The notes beneath the pieces were generated by a model. The model saw only the letters and a program-made list of their open reading frames with translations. It was not told where the DNA came from and did not search any database. Positions 11,333 through 24,784 of a stretch of 64,000 nt of DNA are shown here, piece by piece; the first letter of the stretch is position 1; the number at the start of each line of letters is the position of its first letter. A program made the position numbers and the translations under genes. The stretch is from positions 224,318,001 through 224,382,000 of the forward strand of contig NC_058368.1 of the NCBI RefSeq assembly GCF_018350175.1. The letters run 5' to 3'. The stretch is from Felis catus. Lineage: Eukaryota.

Positions 11333-11703
11333 AATTATGTAAAGAAAATAATAGACCAATAGAATAGAGATGAAGTTCCGCAAGCTAAATAAAGACAATA
11401 AACAAAAAGCCAAAACTAATGAGCACATACAAGTAGATGTAAAACTATGCTTTTTGGAAATGGAGGCTGTATCACTGAATATATATCCTAAGTCTAACCA
11501 CTTTACTGAAACCATCAGTCTACACCCGCATCATCATCCCATGGATTATTTCAATAGCTCTTTAAGTGCTTTCTCCACTTTCTCCCTTACCCTCACCCAC
11601 CATCATTTCTCTCCATGGGAGCCAGAGTGATCTTTAAAAAAAAATGCAAATCAGATAATGATATTCTTTTGTTTAAAACTCTATAATAGTGCTGGATCAT
11701 ATT

Positions 11704-11940
11704 GGGGCACCTGGGTGGCTCAGTTGGTTAGGAGGCCAACTTTAGCTCAGGTCATGATCTCACGGTTCGTAGGTTTGAGCCCAGTGTCAGGCTCTCTGCT
11801 GACAGCACAGGGCCTGGAGCCTGCTTTGGATTCTGTGTCTCCCTCTCTTTCTATCCCTCCCCTGCTCACACTCTGTCTCTCTGTCTGTCTGTCTCTCTCT
11901 CTGTCTCCCAAAAATAAATTAACATTAAAAATTAAAAAAA
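11704..11940 (+). mobile_element. CanSINE
   Basis: TSD aatagtgctggatcatat at 11685-11702 and 11941-11958. Confidence 0.97.
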
Positions 11941-12214
11941 AATAGTGCTGGATCATATCGATTAATAGTAAAGTACCTGACAACCCCCATTACATTTATT
12001 AATGATAATAATAGCTAATATGGATATGATGTGTGACATCTGTGTATATGTTAGCTGAGCAACATTAAAAAGTACTTTTTCTCTAAGGGTGAAGGTTACT
12101 TCCAGGAGTATATGAGAGTATGGAGGTGGTATTTGTTAAACAGCCTGTCCTAGGATACTGGTAATATATAGTCGGGCTAAGATTGTAATCAAGGAAGCTT
12201 GGCTTCAGTCTTAA

Positions 12215-12414
12215 ATTTCTTTTGTTTATTTATTGTTGAGAGAGAGAAAGAGAGAGCAAGCAGGGGAGGGGCAGAGAGGGGGGGGCAGAGGGTCTGAAGT
12301 GGGCTCTGTGTTGACAACAGAGAGCCCTGTGTGGAGCTCGAGAACTCAGGAACCGTGACATCTTGACCTGAGCTGAAGTCGGACACGTAACCGACTAAGC
12401 CACCCAGGCGCCCC
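12215..12414 (-). mobile_element. CanSINE
   Basis: Full copy; TSD cagtcttaa. Confidence 0.93.
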
Positions 12415-12775
12415 CAGTCTTAATTTTTTTAACCATCCTTTCATGTATATTTTTTCTTTATGCCCAGAGAGTCCTTCATGATCTCTTGCCTGACAACCTC
12501 TCCCAACCTATCTCATCATTTTCTGTTAACTTGGTCTATGCAATCGAGCCTCATCACTCTCCATCAAACATGCAAAACACATACTTGTCTTCCCTTCCAG
12601 TAAGATTCTTCATCAGGTAGTTTCATAGCTTGTTCTTTCATTGCCATCTCGACAGAGAAGTAATCTCTGTCCATGTAGCTTAAAAGCCTTCTTTGTCAAT
12701 CTCTATGCCTGCAGGATGCTTTATTTTCTATCATAGTACCGATCCACATGCAGCGTTATAAAGCCTTTACTACTT

Positions 12776-13022
12776 GGGGCGCCTGGGTGGCTCAGTCGGT
12801 TAAGCGTCCGACTTCAGCTCAGGTCATGATCTCCCATCCATGAGTTTGAGCCCTGCGTCGGGCTCTGGGCTGATGGCTCAGAGCCTGGAGCCTGCTTCTA
12901 ATTCTGTGTCTCCCTCTCTCTCTGCCCCTCCCCCATTCATGCTCTGTCTCTCTCTGTCTCAAAAATAAATAAACTTAAAAAAAAAAAAAAGCTGCTGAGG
13001 ATTCAACTCAGTTTAAAAAAAA
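12776..13022 (+). mobile_element. CanSINE with an extra 24-nt segment between two A tails
   Basis: TSD ataaagccttta[c/g]tact at 12758-12774 and 13023-13039. Confidence 0.95.
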
Positions 13023-13728
13023 ATAAAGCCTTTAGTACTAGAGTATATGTATCTGTAATAAATTTAAGTTCATACAGTATAGAAACAAAGGAAAATGTTA
13101 CAGGATACATAGAAGTAGTCCTACAAAATTCATGCATTTCAGGCTGGGGATTTTGAGACTCCAGAAATAGGGGTTTTAAATCCTCAGGTTGCACAGTTAG
13201 CAAAGCAACTGAACCTGAACCTAATGTTTATAAAAGGCAGTTAGAAATTTTCTATGTCAGATCTCTGGGTCAAATCTCTTTAACTTGTTTCAAATCTCTT
13301 TAATGTCTGACTTAATACATGACGGCTAGAGTCTCACATCTGTTTTTACTCAAATAGGTTTGTAGTGCATAAGGCCAATGCAATGCAGCCTCACATTGCA
13401 GATAGATATGTAGCTGGGAAAGGTTGGAGGATTGTAATAACCTTATCAGATAATAATGAATATTCCATTTTGATACTGTATCAAAATTCGGTGAGTGTCA
13501 ATTTATTAAAGATTAGTTACAATGTGAAATCTGAAAACGTCAACACACTTTTCAGACTACAATTTTAAACCATTATTCTGTCTTGAAGTTTTGGTAGATC
13601 TTTCATTCATACATGATTTTTGTATCATCAGATCCTTAGTCATTTTGGAAAGTAATGATCCTTAATTCTGTAAATCTGTCACATGTTGACCTATTTCTTC
13701 AATTTTTTTTTTTAAACTAAAATCTTCA

Positions 13729-13856
13729 GGTGCACCTGGGTGGCTCAGTCAGTTAAGTGTCCAAATCTTGTTTTCAGCTCAGTCATGATGTCTCAGTTCA
13801 TGGGATCGGGCCACACTTCGGGCTCTGTGCTGACAGTGCAGAGCCTGCTTGTTCCC

Positions 13857-13938
<82 letters not shown>

Positions 13939-13949
13939 GTTTAAAAAAA
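13729..13949 (+). mobile_element. CanSINE with long (CT)n
   Basis: Head, (CT)n, tail; flanked by taaaatcttc. Confidence 0.93.
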
Positions 13950-13960
13950 TAAAATCTTCA

Positions 13961-14186
13961 GGGCGCCTGGGTGGCTCAGTCGGTTAATTGTCTGACTGCA
14001 GCTCAGGTCATGATCTTCTAGTTCATGAGTTCAAGACCCGCATCTGGCTCTGTGTTGACAGCTCAGAGCCTGGAGCCTGTTTCAGATTCTGTGTCTTCCT
14101 CTCTCTCTGCCCCTCACTGGCTTGTGCTCTCTCTGTTTCTCTGTCTCAAATGTTAATGTTTATTTAAACATTAAAAAAAATTTAAT
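13961..14186 (+). mobile_element. CanSINE
   Basis: Full copy flanked by taaaatcttc. Confidence 0.93.
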
Positions 14187-14907
14187 TAAAATCTTCTTTC
14201 ACTCTACTGATTTGATTAGCAAATTTCTGTTTTATTTTGGGCAGCTGTCAAACACATGTTGACAAAATTTACCATTTGTCACCATTGCAAAATTCTATTT
14301 TTGTTTGAAAACCCAAATGTTATTATTGACAAGTACTCTCTGTGATTTTCCCACCAGTGACATGCTTGCTTGGTCTATTTGCAAGAAACTGAAACCCAAA
14401 ACAAATCCAAATAAACATAGTTTGTCAGTCATTCTTTCAAATAAAAATGGTATTCCCTGGGGGGGGGGGGGGAGAAAAACAGCTGTTTCAGTTTGCAGTG
14501 CGCACAATCAGAGAAGTCAGAAGTGTATATTTCTTGAGAGACCATTGTATTTTCACATGTGGCAGAACTGCTCTAGAGGCGTCCCGTGTCATCAGTCCAT
14601 ATGTTAAAATCAAGTCTACTCAAGAGTTGAGCTTTCTTTTCTGCTGAATAAAAGAAATCCTAGTTGAGACCAGCCATTGATGGCGCCGCTTCTTTTCCTC
14701 TTCTTTCTCCTTCCGCCAAAGAAAAGTGAAGAACTGTCAAAGGGGGAACGCAGTGACACTAGCTCTGCGTGGGGTCAGTGTTGTGACTGATGTGAAGGCA
14801 CAGGTAGCATCACCCACAATGGCTCCGGTACCATCAGTGAAACTAACATGGCAAAAAAGTAACAAACCGAACCCAAAACCTTCACCACTATTTCAAAAAT
14901 CATTTTA

Positions 14908-15113
14908 GGGGAGACTGGGTGGCTCAGAATATTAAGCATCGGACTCTTGATTTCAGTTCAGGTCATGTCATGGTTCGTGAGTTCAAGCCCTGCACAGGGC
15001 TCCCTGCCGACAGTGCAGAGCCTGCTTCGGGTTCTGTGTCTCCCTCTTTTTCTGCCCTTCCCTTGTGCGTGCTCGCTCTGTCTCTTTCAGAATAAATAAA
15101 TACACTTTAAAAA
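14908..15113 (+). mobile_element. CanSINE
   Basis: Head, CT tract, AATAAA tail. Confidence 0.9.
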
Positions 15114-15121
15114 TTAATAAT

Positions 15122-15332
15122 ATTTTTTAATGTTCTTATTTATTTTTGAGAGAGAGAGAGAGCACAAACTGGGGACCGGCAGAGAGAGAGGGAGACGCAG
15201 AATCCGAAGCAGGCTCCAGGCTGTCTGCATGGAGCCCCAAGCAGGGCTCGAACTCTGGCAACTGTGAGATCCTAACCTGAACTACCTGAGCCCAAATCGG
15301 ATGCCTAACTGCCTGAGCCACCGAAGGACCCC
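15122..15332 (-). mobile_element. CanSINE
   Basis: Diverged copy, tail-to-tail with the previous SINE. Confidence 0.9.
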
Positions 15333-16667
15333 TTGAAGCAGTGTTTAAATGCCAACATAACTCATGCTGGGTGCGCCCGTATCTGTCAAGAATAAGGGAG
15401 AATGCCCTGCCCCTGGTAGCCTCTCATGCTGGTGGTCGCCCTGGACAATCTGACCTGAGGTCAGAAACATTTGCTTAAAGAAGGTCTTCTTACAGAAAAC
15501 CAGGCTAAGAGACTGAAATGATTATGTGACCTTTTCCTCACCAAATTAAAAAAAGAAAAAAAAATCCATAACTGAAAACTGACTCTCGTGGAGCCTATAG
15601 GATAGGAGATGCCATTTCCCCATTATTGAATCACTAAATCAATCGAAATGATAAACATGAGAATTCTGCCATTCACCACTGAATATGACTGCTATAAAAT
15701 ATCTTACATAATATCATTGTTAATAAGTATGAGCTCCCTCTTCGACTCAGCTGATTGTCTAGTGCCTTTAACACATTAATTAGTTTCCTGTGAAATCAAA
15801 AGAACATGTTACATATATACAAAATATCTAACACCAAAGAGCTTAGTTTTAAATCAGATATACTTAAATAGCTAAGTTTTTATGGGATGGTTTGCATTCA
15901 AAATACTAATATCATTCTTCACCCGTATTCAGCAAAATATGATCTTCAGATAATTACTTTTCTCCTTCATTAAAATTAGTTTTTAATTATGCAGGCAATA
16001 AATATATCTTAGTCTTTAAATAAGCTTGCTATGGAAGATAAGACAAACTTCCCCATTGAAAATGACCTTTCAATCTCATTAAAGAAAACAGTGATTGTTT
16101 GAAATCATGTTTCTAGACATTTTCTTTGCTTCTACAAACAAGTAAGTTTATCCACAAAAAAACATAAAGCATACTTGATTTATTTTTATTTGCATAAACC
16201 TTTACCACACATGTTTTTAGAACTTTATCCACACTGAGCAATTTGCTTTGGAAGTACATTGGCATCGGTATAGACACACAGACATAAATAAAATATATAA
16301 ATAAATTATATGCGATAAGACATGCATCTAAATTATATATAATTTTAGTATATTTTTCACAATTGTGTGACCTTGCATAGTGTGACAGGCTATTTAGTCA
16401 TTGTCTCATTGACAATCTGCTTCAACTGTATCACTATTACTATCATCATTTGCTTTGTTTTGGTTTCTTCTCTTGGGCGGATTCCATCAGGCAATATTGC
16501 TGGATGACACATATATAATGAATATATCTTTAAGGTTTCGATAGATGATGTTGATTATCCCACACCAATGTCACTTTGATATAGTTATAATGTGTGACAT
16601 TAATACAAATCTATTATTCTCTTTAGTACAAAACATATAATTACTTATCATTAAGATCATTTTAACA

Positions 16668-16810
16668 GGGGTACCTGGGTGGCTCAGGCAGGTGAGCATA
16701 TGACTCTTGATCTCAGCTCAGGTTCTGATCTCAGGATTATGAATTCAAGCCCCATGTTAGGCTCTGTGCTGGGCGTGAAGCCTAGTAAAAAAAAAAAAAA
16801 AAAGGAGAAA
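16668..16810 (+). mobile_element. Short CanSINE
   Basis: tRNA-derived head followed directly by poly(A). Confidence 0.88.
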
Positions 16811-16964
16811 AGGAGCATTTTTAACTTTTCAGTCTAAGTTGCTTATTCTGTGTCAAACAACTGTGAAAAGTAAAGCCATAATGCAAACCATATTGCTGAC
16901 TGAATATCTTACTATTAATATTTTTATTGTGCATATGTATGCACGTATGCATTTTACAATTCCC

Positions 16965-18800
16965 TTTTTCCAGCTGTATTGAGAAATACTTGACACATCA
17001 CTGTACAAACTTCAGGCATATAGCATGATGGTTTGATTGACATAGACTGTAAAGCAATGACCATGATAGATTCAGTTAACATCTATCATCTCATATAGAT
17101 ACAATAAGAATAAAAGAAAAAAAGAAAAAAGGAAAAACAAATTCTCCTGGTGATGAGGATTTGCTGTCTTAACTTTTCTATATATATTGTGCATCCATTT
17201 AACTATAGTCTTCATGTTATACATTACATCCTAATATTTATATTCTAAGTGATAACAACAAGCTTGATCTCTTTTTCTGCCTTTTTTTAATTCTGTACAT
17301 AAATGAGATCATACAGTATTTGTCTTGGTCTGACTTTTTTCATGGAGCATAATGCCCTTATCCATAATGTCACAAAAGGAAGAATTGCTCTTTTTAAAAG
17401 ATATATATATATATTATATTATATTATATTATATTATATTATATTATATTATATATTATATTATATTATATATTATATGTGTTTGTGCAGTGTATGTGTA
17501 TATAATACACACACACACACACACACACATTTATTCACTCATCCACCACTGGATGCTTGGGTTGTTTCCATATCTTGGTTATTGTAAACAGTTGCTATGA
17601 AAATGGGGGTACAGATGTACTCTTTGAATTTGTGTTTTTGTTTCCTTTTGATATGTTCCCAGAGGTAGAATTGCTGGATCGTAAGGTGGTTCTATATTTA
17701 ATTTTTTGAAGACCCTCCATGCTGTTTTCCATAGTGGCTGCACCAGGTTATAATACTACCAACAATTCATGAGGGTTTCCTTTTCTTCACACCCATGCCA
17801 ATATTTGTTATCACTTGTGTTTTTGATGATGGTCATTCTAGCAGGAGTGAGATAATATCACAGATAATATCATTCCCCTAATGACATTTCCCTAATGACA
17901 GTGATGTTAAGCATCTTTCTATGTCCCTGTTGGTGTTTCCTATAGTTTCTGTGGAGAAATGTCCATTCAGGTCCTTTGACCATTTTAATTGGGTTATGCA
18001 TTTTATTTTTTCTATTGAGTTATATGAGTTCTTCATATATGTTGGATATTAACTTATCAGATATATGTTTTGCAAATATTTTTCCCATTATGTAGATTGT
18101 CTTTTCCCTTTGTCTATGGTTTTCTTTGCTGTGAAACAGATTTTTAAGCTTAATATAGGCTCACTTGTTTATTTTGTTATGTTTTAAGAGACATATTCAA
18201 ATAATTATTACCAAGATGCATGTCAAAATGTTTCCTCCTATGTTTTCTTCTAGGAGTGTTATGGTTTCAGGGCTTTCATTTAATCTTTAACCCATTTTGA
18301 GTTAATTTTTGTGAGTGATGCTAGATAAGGGTCAAGTTTCATTCTTTTACATGTAAATATCCAATTATCCCAGCATCATTTATTGAAAGGACAGTCTTTC
18401 TCCATTAAGTATTCTGGGCTCTTTTATCAAATATTAGTTGACTTGTATGCTTGGGTTTATCTGTGTGTTCTTGATTCTGCTTCATTGATCAACTTATCTG
18501 TGTTTATGCCAGTACCATACTGTTTTGATGATTAAAGCTTTTATTGTATAGCTTGCAGTCAGGAAGTTTGATGCCTCATGCCTTGTTCTTCTTTGTCAAA
18601 ATTTATTTGGCTATTCAGGATCTTTTGTGATTCTATATGAATTTTAAGAGTGTTTTTTCTACTTCTGTAAGAATAACGCCATTGGAAATTTGGTACAGAT
18701 TGCATTGAATCTATAGGTGACTTTTGTTAGTACTGACATTTTAACAGTATCAATTCTTCCAATCTATAAACATGGAATACCTTTCCATTTATTTGTGTCT
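16965..18800 (-). mobile_element. 5'-truncated older L1 (3' ORF2 plus 3'UTR) containing (TATAT)n/(CA)n
   Basis: Continuous antisense L1 ORF2 C-terminal sequence (ccatagtggctgcacc, cagcatcatttattgaa, atgccagtaccatactgttttgatga). Confidence 0.92.
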
Positions 18801-18874
18801 GACCCTCAACATTTTAATCTCCTCCCTGATTTGCTCCACAGAAGACAGGTTATCTGAATATCCATCCCAAGTCA

Positions 18875-19060
18875 TTTTGCCAGATAAAGTACAAAACATC
18901 CAGGTAAATTTGAATTTCAATAAAAAAGGAATATTTTAAAGTTTAAATGTCTCAAATATCACATGAAATGTCCTTATATAAGCATATTATTTGTTGTTCA
19001 GCAAAAAAAAAATAAATGTCACTAGGCATCTCATAGTTTTACTTGTTCAACCTGCCATCT
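18875..19060. mobile_element. MER53-like palindromic hAT MITE
   Basis: ttgccagataaag...aaatttgaatttca...atgtctcaaatat...cttata matches remembered MER53. Confidence 0.7.
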
Positions 19061-19839
19061 TAATCCTAGAAGAATATTTAGAATTTCTTGGTGTTTACAT
19101 GGATGTTTCCCTGTAGACATAATACACTCTCTTTAATAAGCTTAATTGAAATATTCCATGCTTGCCACAGTATACCTGCTAGAAGTGTTGTTGTTTTGTT
19201 TTGTTTTTCAAGTTGCTGTCTCAGATTCTACCATTCAAGGCAGACAAAGTCAGGTTTTCTTCTTCTTGTAACTTTGTAAATGCTCTATGCGACGTTCAAA
19301 ATTCAGAAATAAGACACACCATTCTCAGAAAGTATAGGTGTTTGGAACTGTGAGATTCTTAGGTTCTTCTATTTGTCAAAAATACTGTCAAACAATCTGT
19401 CACAAAGTGGGAGTTACAAATAAATTCAATTTGAAAATAAATGGATAAAACTGTGAAAGCCCTGTATTTCAGATGCAAAATATTAATCAAAATTAAGTTC
19501 AGTATTCAAACAGCATTTGAAAAAAAGTAGGCTGAAAGGTAATACAATTTTTGAATATTAATATATATCTAAAATAGGCATCTAATATACTATCACACAG
19601 GTATTGTCTACTAGTTCATTGATTCCTTCATTTGTGCATTAACATTTATGAAGCAGCTACTATATTTCAGACACTGGGTTAGTGGAAAAATGAGGGACAG
19701 AATGACCTGGCTTTGACCGGGCTTACCATCAAATTTACAAGAGAATTTACTGAACAAGTAAGTACAAGAAGTAGTGTGGAAAGAACTTAGCAACTTCTGT
19801 AAGTAGATAATTCTTTTAAACTATAAAAGTGTGTTACAC

Positions 19840-19975
19840 TTTCTTTTCTTCTTCTTCTTCTACTATTACTACTATTACTTCTTTTTCTTATTCTTTCCTT
19901 CTTCTCCTGCTTCCTCTTCCTCTTCCTTCTCCTCCTCCTGCTCCTCCTCCTCTTCTTCTTCTTCTTCTCCTTCTC
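19840..19975. repeat. Compound (CTT)n/(TAC)n/(CCT)n microsatellite
   Basis: Directly visible; explains the low-complexity ORFs at 19787-20200. Confidence 0.95.
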
Positions 19976-20199
19976 CACATTTCTTTTTGTATGATTTCTT
20001 TCCTTCCATCTGCTCACTGTCTTTGAAACCGGTAATGTAATGTAAGGCAGCACAAGAAAAAAAAGACAATCTTTTATTTCTCTTAGTGTATTACATAATA
20101 TGAATGAAAAGGTTTGTTTGGAAACAGAATTATTTTCTAAATTTCCCATTTTCCCTGTATAACAAAAGTTGTGATTAATGGTGGTCAAGAAGGACGTCA

Positions 20200-20713
20200 C
20201 ATTCCCTTCAATTTAACTAATCACAGACAGGCTTCTTCCTGACTCCAAAACACTGACCTCTCTTAAGGGAATTTACCTCAGAAAATTTGTAATTATAATT
20301 TTTTTTCTCTGCCTTTTTGAGATGTAAATTGTGGTAAAGCCTTTTTGGCAATTTTACAACCCAGGAACAATCCTTGTGACATGTCATCATCAAGGAAGAT
20401 AGTGCCTCTATTGCCCAGTTCGTGTGGAAGAGTAGAAGTTTAACTTCTCTGGTACCTTGATCCAAGTTGTAAAACTAACTCCTGTCACCAAGATTTAAAA
20501 AAAAAAAAAAGTTTTCTGTTCTTGGAATTAAATCCAATTATCCAACAAATGATGGCCACTCATCCCTCACCATCCTAGTTCCTCACCACTTTCCAGCCCT
20601 CTGTTTCAGGCTGAGCTGAGACTCTGCTCTGACCCGCTCACTCGTATTGCAATAGCCTTGAGTCAAGGGCTCCTTGACTGTTCAACTTTGTCTCCTGCAA
20701 CTTTCGCTTTCAT
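20200..20713 (+). mobile_element. ERV1-class solo LTR (MER34-like)
   Basis: 3' end tattgcaatagccttga...ccttgactgttcaactttgtc...ctttca resembles MER34-family U5. Confidence 0.65.
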
Positions 20714-21529
20714 AGTAAAATCACGAGAGGCAGAAAACATGCCATAAATATTCCACTAGTAAGAACGAGGACATGATGTAAGTGAAGTTCTCACAACATA
20801 GAACATGAAAATAAGAAAGCCTTCTATTGCACCTGGAAATAAAAATAAAACAATAAAGTGGTCACAAATAATTTAAGAAAAAAATATTCAATTAGGTTGT
20901 AATTAAGAAATAGAAAGGTATTGGTATATCACTTTCTACTTGAAACTCTGGTAGAAAGGTATTCCACTGAGTATCTTTGTGCCATCATGAAGTGAAATGG
21001 CAGTGTGCTATATCGATGCAGAGAGAGGGCATAAAAGAGTTGTTCACACGTATTACTACCCCCACAATCTACCTTATACCTCATATGTTCTATCAGAAGA
21101 GATATTTTTCAAGTCCCATTCTCTTCTCAGGAGATCTAATTGGTACTTGAGGACCACCATGTTAGCTAGGGATTCACCACCAAATGTGGCAAAGGAGTAA
21201 GTAACTGAGTTGTGGATTGGAAAGCCTAAATCTAGGGAAAGAAGTATGAATAAAATTTCTGAGTGAACCAAGAGTGTTACTGAGGCTTGATCTCCAGGAG
21301 GCTGATAGTGACATAACTTTTATCTAACTCCCTGCTTTCTATGAACAGAGAATATAAAATCATCCATGCTGCCACTAATACTTCAGCAAAATGACACTGA
21401 AGCTCAGAACCTCCACTTATTGGAGGAAGTGACCTTGAAGTTGAGTCCCACTTGTTGTTATTAGGCAGGTAAAGGGGACGTCATAGACATGTTTGCTAAC
21501 TGTCACAGACATGTCTAACTGTGTCTCTG

Positions 21530-22400
21530 CTATGGAGACTAGGTAGGAACTCATCAAAGTAGAAGATAGAAAGATCATTTGGAAAAGTACAGTAGTAAAA
21601 GATCATGCACTAAGGCATGTTTGAAATAGCCTATGTGGAGAAAGGGAGAGAATGCTGTTTAGGGAGAATAGCAATGTGTGTGGAAAAATATGGTGGATAT
21701 AAATGATGTTTGTAAGACTCCATGACTGATTTTATACAGTTTGGCATATTAAAGTAAGAAAAGAGTAAAGAATAATTTCCAGGGTCTTGGCATGGGCGAC
21801 TCATGGAAGGGGAAAGAGTCATGTTACTTACTTTAAAGAGTCATGCTATTCACAGGTTATTAACTCGAACAACACTGGAGATAGTTTTAATTTTATTCAT
21901 ATTGAAGTACCTGCAAGATATTTAAGTAGATATTCATTAAGTATTTGAGTATATGAGTGTATACTTAAGAAGATATTTAATTAGAAATAGAGATGCTGGC
22001 ATTTTTGAAGCTTGGAAATCAATTAAACAACTTAAAATGAAAAAAAAAAGAAGATAAAGGAAACATTAATGTTTAAAGGCAGAAAATAGGAGCATGTGTA
22101 AACAATACTAAAGAAATGCCTGAGATGTAAAATAAAAAGCAATATAGTATCATAGAAGCCAAGGAGAGTATTTCATGAAAAATAGAGAGGCCATATTTTC
22201 AATAAGTCAAGCAGGATCAAATAGTCACTCTAATTCATGAGTGAATTAACTTTAAGTATAAAGAGTTTATTTGAGACATTATTCAAGGAAGTTTCATTTA
22301 AAAGGTGGGAAAGTTAAAGATTAATAACCTTAAAAGTGAGTGAATGATAAAAGTTACAAAACAGTTTGTGGTAAACTCAAGAATAGCTCTGAAGCTTAGA
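21530..22400 (-). mobile_element. L2 fragment
   Basis: Purine-rich antisense L2-like blocks. Confidence 0.55.
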
Positions 22401-24628
22401 AGAAGTTAATAGATGCAATAAATAAAAAGTCAAATGAATTTATAAGAGGATCTGAAACACCTGTAGAATGAAAATGCAAGGAATAACTACTAGGTAATGA
22501 ACACTCAAAGGATGATCGAGAGACTGAAATTTCTGATCCTATTGTAAAATATATTAAGTGTATAGAGACCATGATCACATTATGACCATTAAAGTAATTT
22601 GGAATTTGTATTTAAAGAGCGGGTGTGGAGTTGAATGAATGGATGGATTTAAAATTTAAAATGAGTGGATGAAAGCAAGACAGCAGCATCTAGTTTCTTG
22701 AGAAGACTAACTTTAGCTCTCTTTCCCATTTTTATTTTTCTAATATACTTTCAGTGAATGAATTTTTAACATACTTTGTGATTTACAGACACTTACCATA
22801 TTAGATATTTAAATGTTGATCTTCCTATTATCTAAAAGAAAAATTTTGGTGCAGGCATTATTATTCCCAATTTTATTGATTGAGAAATTGAGTGTCATAG
22901 TTTGTAGAGCAAACAAGTTGTGAGGTCCACTTACGGCTTATCTGTAATTCTCTGACTCTCTCCATTCAAATATGCTGTCTCTCTGGAGAAAAATATTTTC
23001 AAAATTTGGGAGAACAAAGTCCCAATATTCTAGAATATAAATAATCTCTGGAAAGAAATGAACTTTAAATCAGAAAATAAAGAGAAGAATTATACCAAGA
23101 GTGGGGACTATATATAACTTACTTTCAGTTTTTTCTTATTTTTTAACTCAAGCTATTTTTTTATCTCACAAAAGATAAAGGTATTATACTTCATAAAGTA
23201 AAAAATAATGTGAGTATACATGGCTTGAATCAATACCCATAATGACTCTAATAACAAAGGGACTTAGATTCTGATTTTTCTATAGAAGGTGAGCTTAGAG
23301 AGTGCACAACTTCTGTAAAATCAGAGTTATTGTTCCCTTTCTCATTTTCTAGCTTCAACGTGTGCTAATATTTACAGGTTCTAACTTAATTCTTCAATTA
23401 CTGTTTAAATGTGCACTCCTATGTTAAATAAATAACATAAGAGGTTTATAAAAGAGGATGCTGTGTGAGGGTGTTGAGGTTTAAGAGACGCAAACGTTTC
23501 TTTAGATGAATTTCTGAAACTTGGATGCATAAATGTTTGATGTTATGCTTAAGATAAACTCTAGAGATGCATGCAAGTGTATAACTCTTCCTCATTTTCA
23601 GAATACTATCATACAATTTCATTAAATTTGATTCACATAAATTGCCTCAATCCATCATGCAAAGTTGCTTCTGTAAATGCCAAGACAGAACCGTATGATG
23701 GGATTCAAGATGTTATTGTCTCTATTAATGAATATTTAGCCTATCTTCGTTTACAATTGATATTATTTTACTTGCCATGTGGACTTTGTCCACAGAGAAA
23801 TTTCCTACTGATATGGTGCATGTATTCGCTCTTCCAAATTACCTGGCTTATCAAGTTTATTTAATTTGTTTAAGGCTATTGAAAGGAAAGTGAATAAGGC
23901 TGGCATCTCAGACCCCGTGTTAGCATCTCTTAGATACTCAGTCTCATCAAATTCACCATGAAGACTCCTATCAAATTCTTCACAGTGTGCCTTATTATTT
24001 CCAAGGTCATTCATGCTTCTCTAACAGGCATGCTGCCTGATAACTGGATATATGAGAGTGAAAACAAGAAAAGAGTTCTATTAATAGGTGCTTTAGATAC
24101 AAGGCATTGATCCCAAAAGTAAAACATTTTCCGTGCATAGGAGAATGCATTGATTCAATGAATTCTCTGGTGAATACTGAAGCTGGTTAATCACACTAAT
24201 TAGGTGCCATTTGATGACATTTATTTATGATCAGCATCATGAGCACTGTCATAAGCAGAATTTTCTACAGCTCATTAATGAATGTCTGTGTCATCACATC
24301 TTAGGAAGCTTTTTTATTACCTCGTATTCTTTCAGTTTAATAAAACATTGCTCCTACTGAAAGAAGGCATTTCAAGAATACCTATGTCGAAAGTTAAGAT
24401 GCTTTTAATTAGTCATTAGTGTATCATATTTTTTTTTCTGTTCCAAAATAACTATTTGATTCCCCAAGTAGTATTTTTTCTTCTTCTTTGGGGTTTCTTT
24501 TGGACCAGCTTTTCAAATAGTAAGCTTTCATTAAGAATGGCTTTTTAATGACCACAATTAATGATTATATTTTCTATTAGTGATACAGGCAAAATGATAT
24601 ATATCAGATTCACCTGGAGAACTTTTTT

Positions 24629-24784
24629 TTTCTTTTTTTTTTTTTATTTCAAGTTACTTGACATAGAATACAATATTAGTTTCAGGTATAGATTTTAGTG
24701 ACTCATCACTTACATGCAACAGGCCACATCACAACGAGTGCTCTCCTTAATACTCATCACCTATTTAACCGATCCCCCCACCCA
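24629..24784 (-). mobile_element. Severely 5'-truncated carnivore L1 (3'UTR only)
   Basis: Poly(T), antisense L1 3'UTR (ccttaatactcatcacctatttaacc), TSD tggagaactttttt at 24615 and 24785. Confidence 0.9.

Larger units (their letters stand above)
13350..14905 (-). mobile_element. Charlie1-type hAT DNA transposon remnant (interrupted by two SINEs)
   Basis: Minus strand gives SFTDGTGAIV (14815-14844; cf. hAT CTDGAxAM) and HVKIQWSLK (14533-14559; cf. HTEVRWLSRG); nucleotide blocks match the remembered Charlie1 consensus. Confidence 0.85.

Noticed and set aside
14908..15332. Adjacent tail-to-tail SINE pair
   Set aside because: Copies are old and diverged, so pairing is weak, and the TSDs are unreadable.
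19787..20200. Poly-K/R/E/S ORFs
   Set aside because: Translations of a trinucleotide microsatellite.
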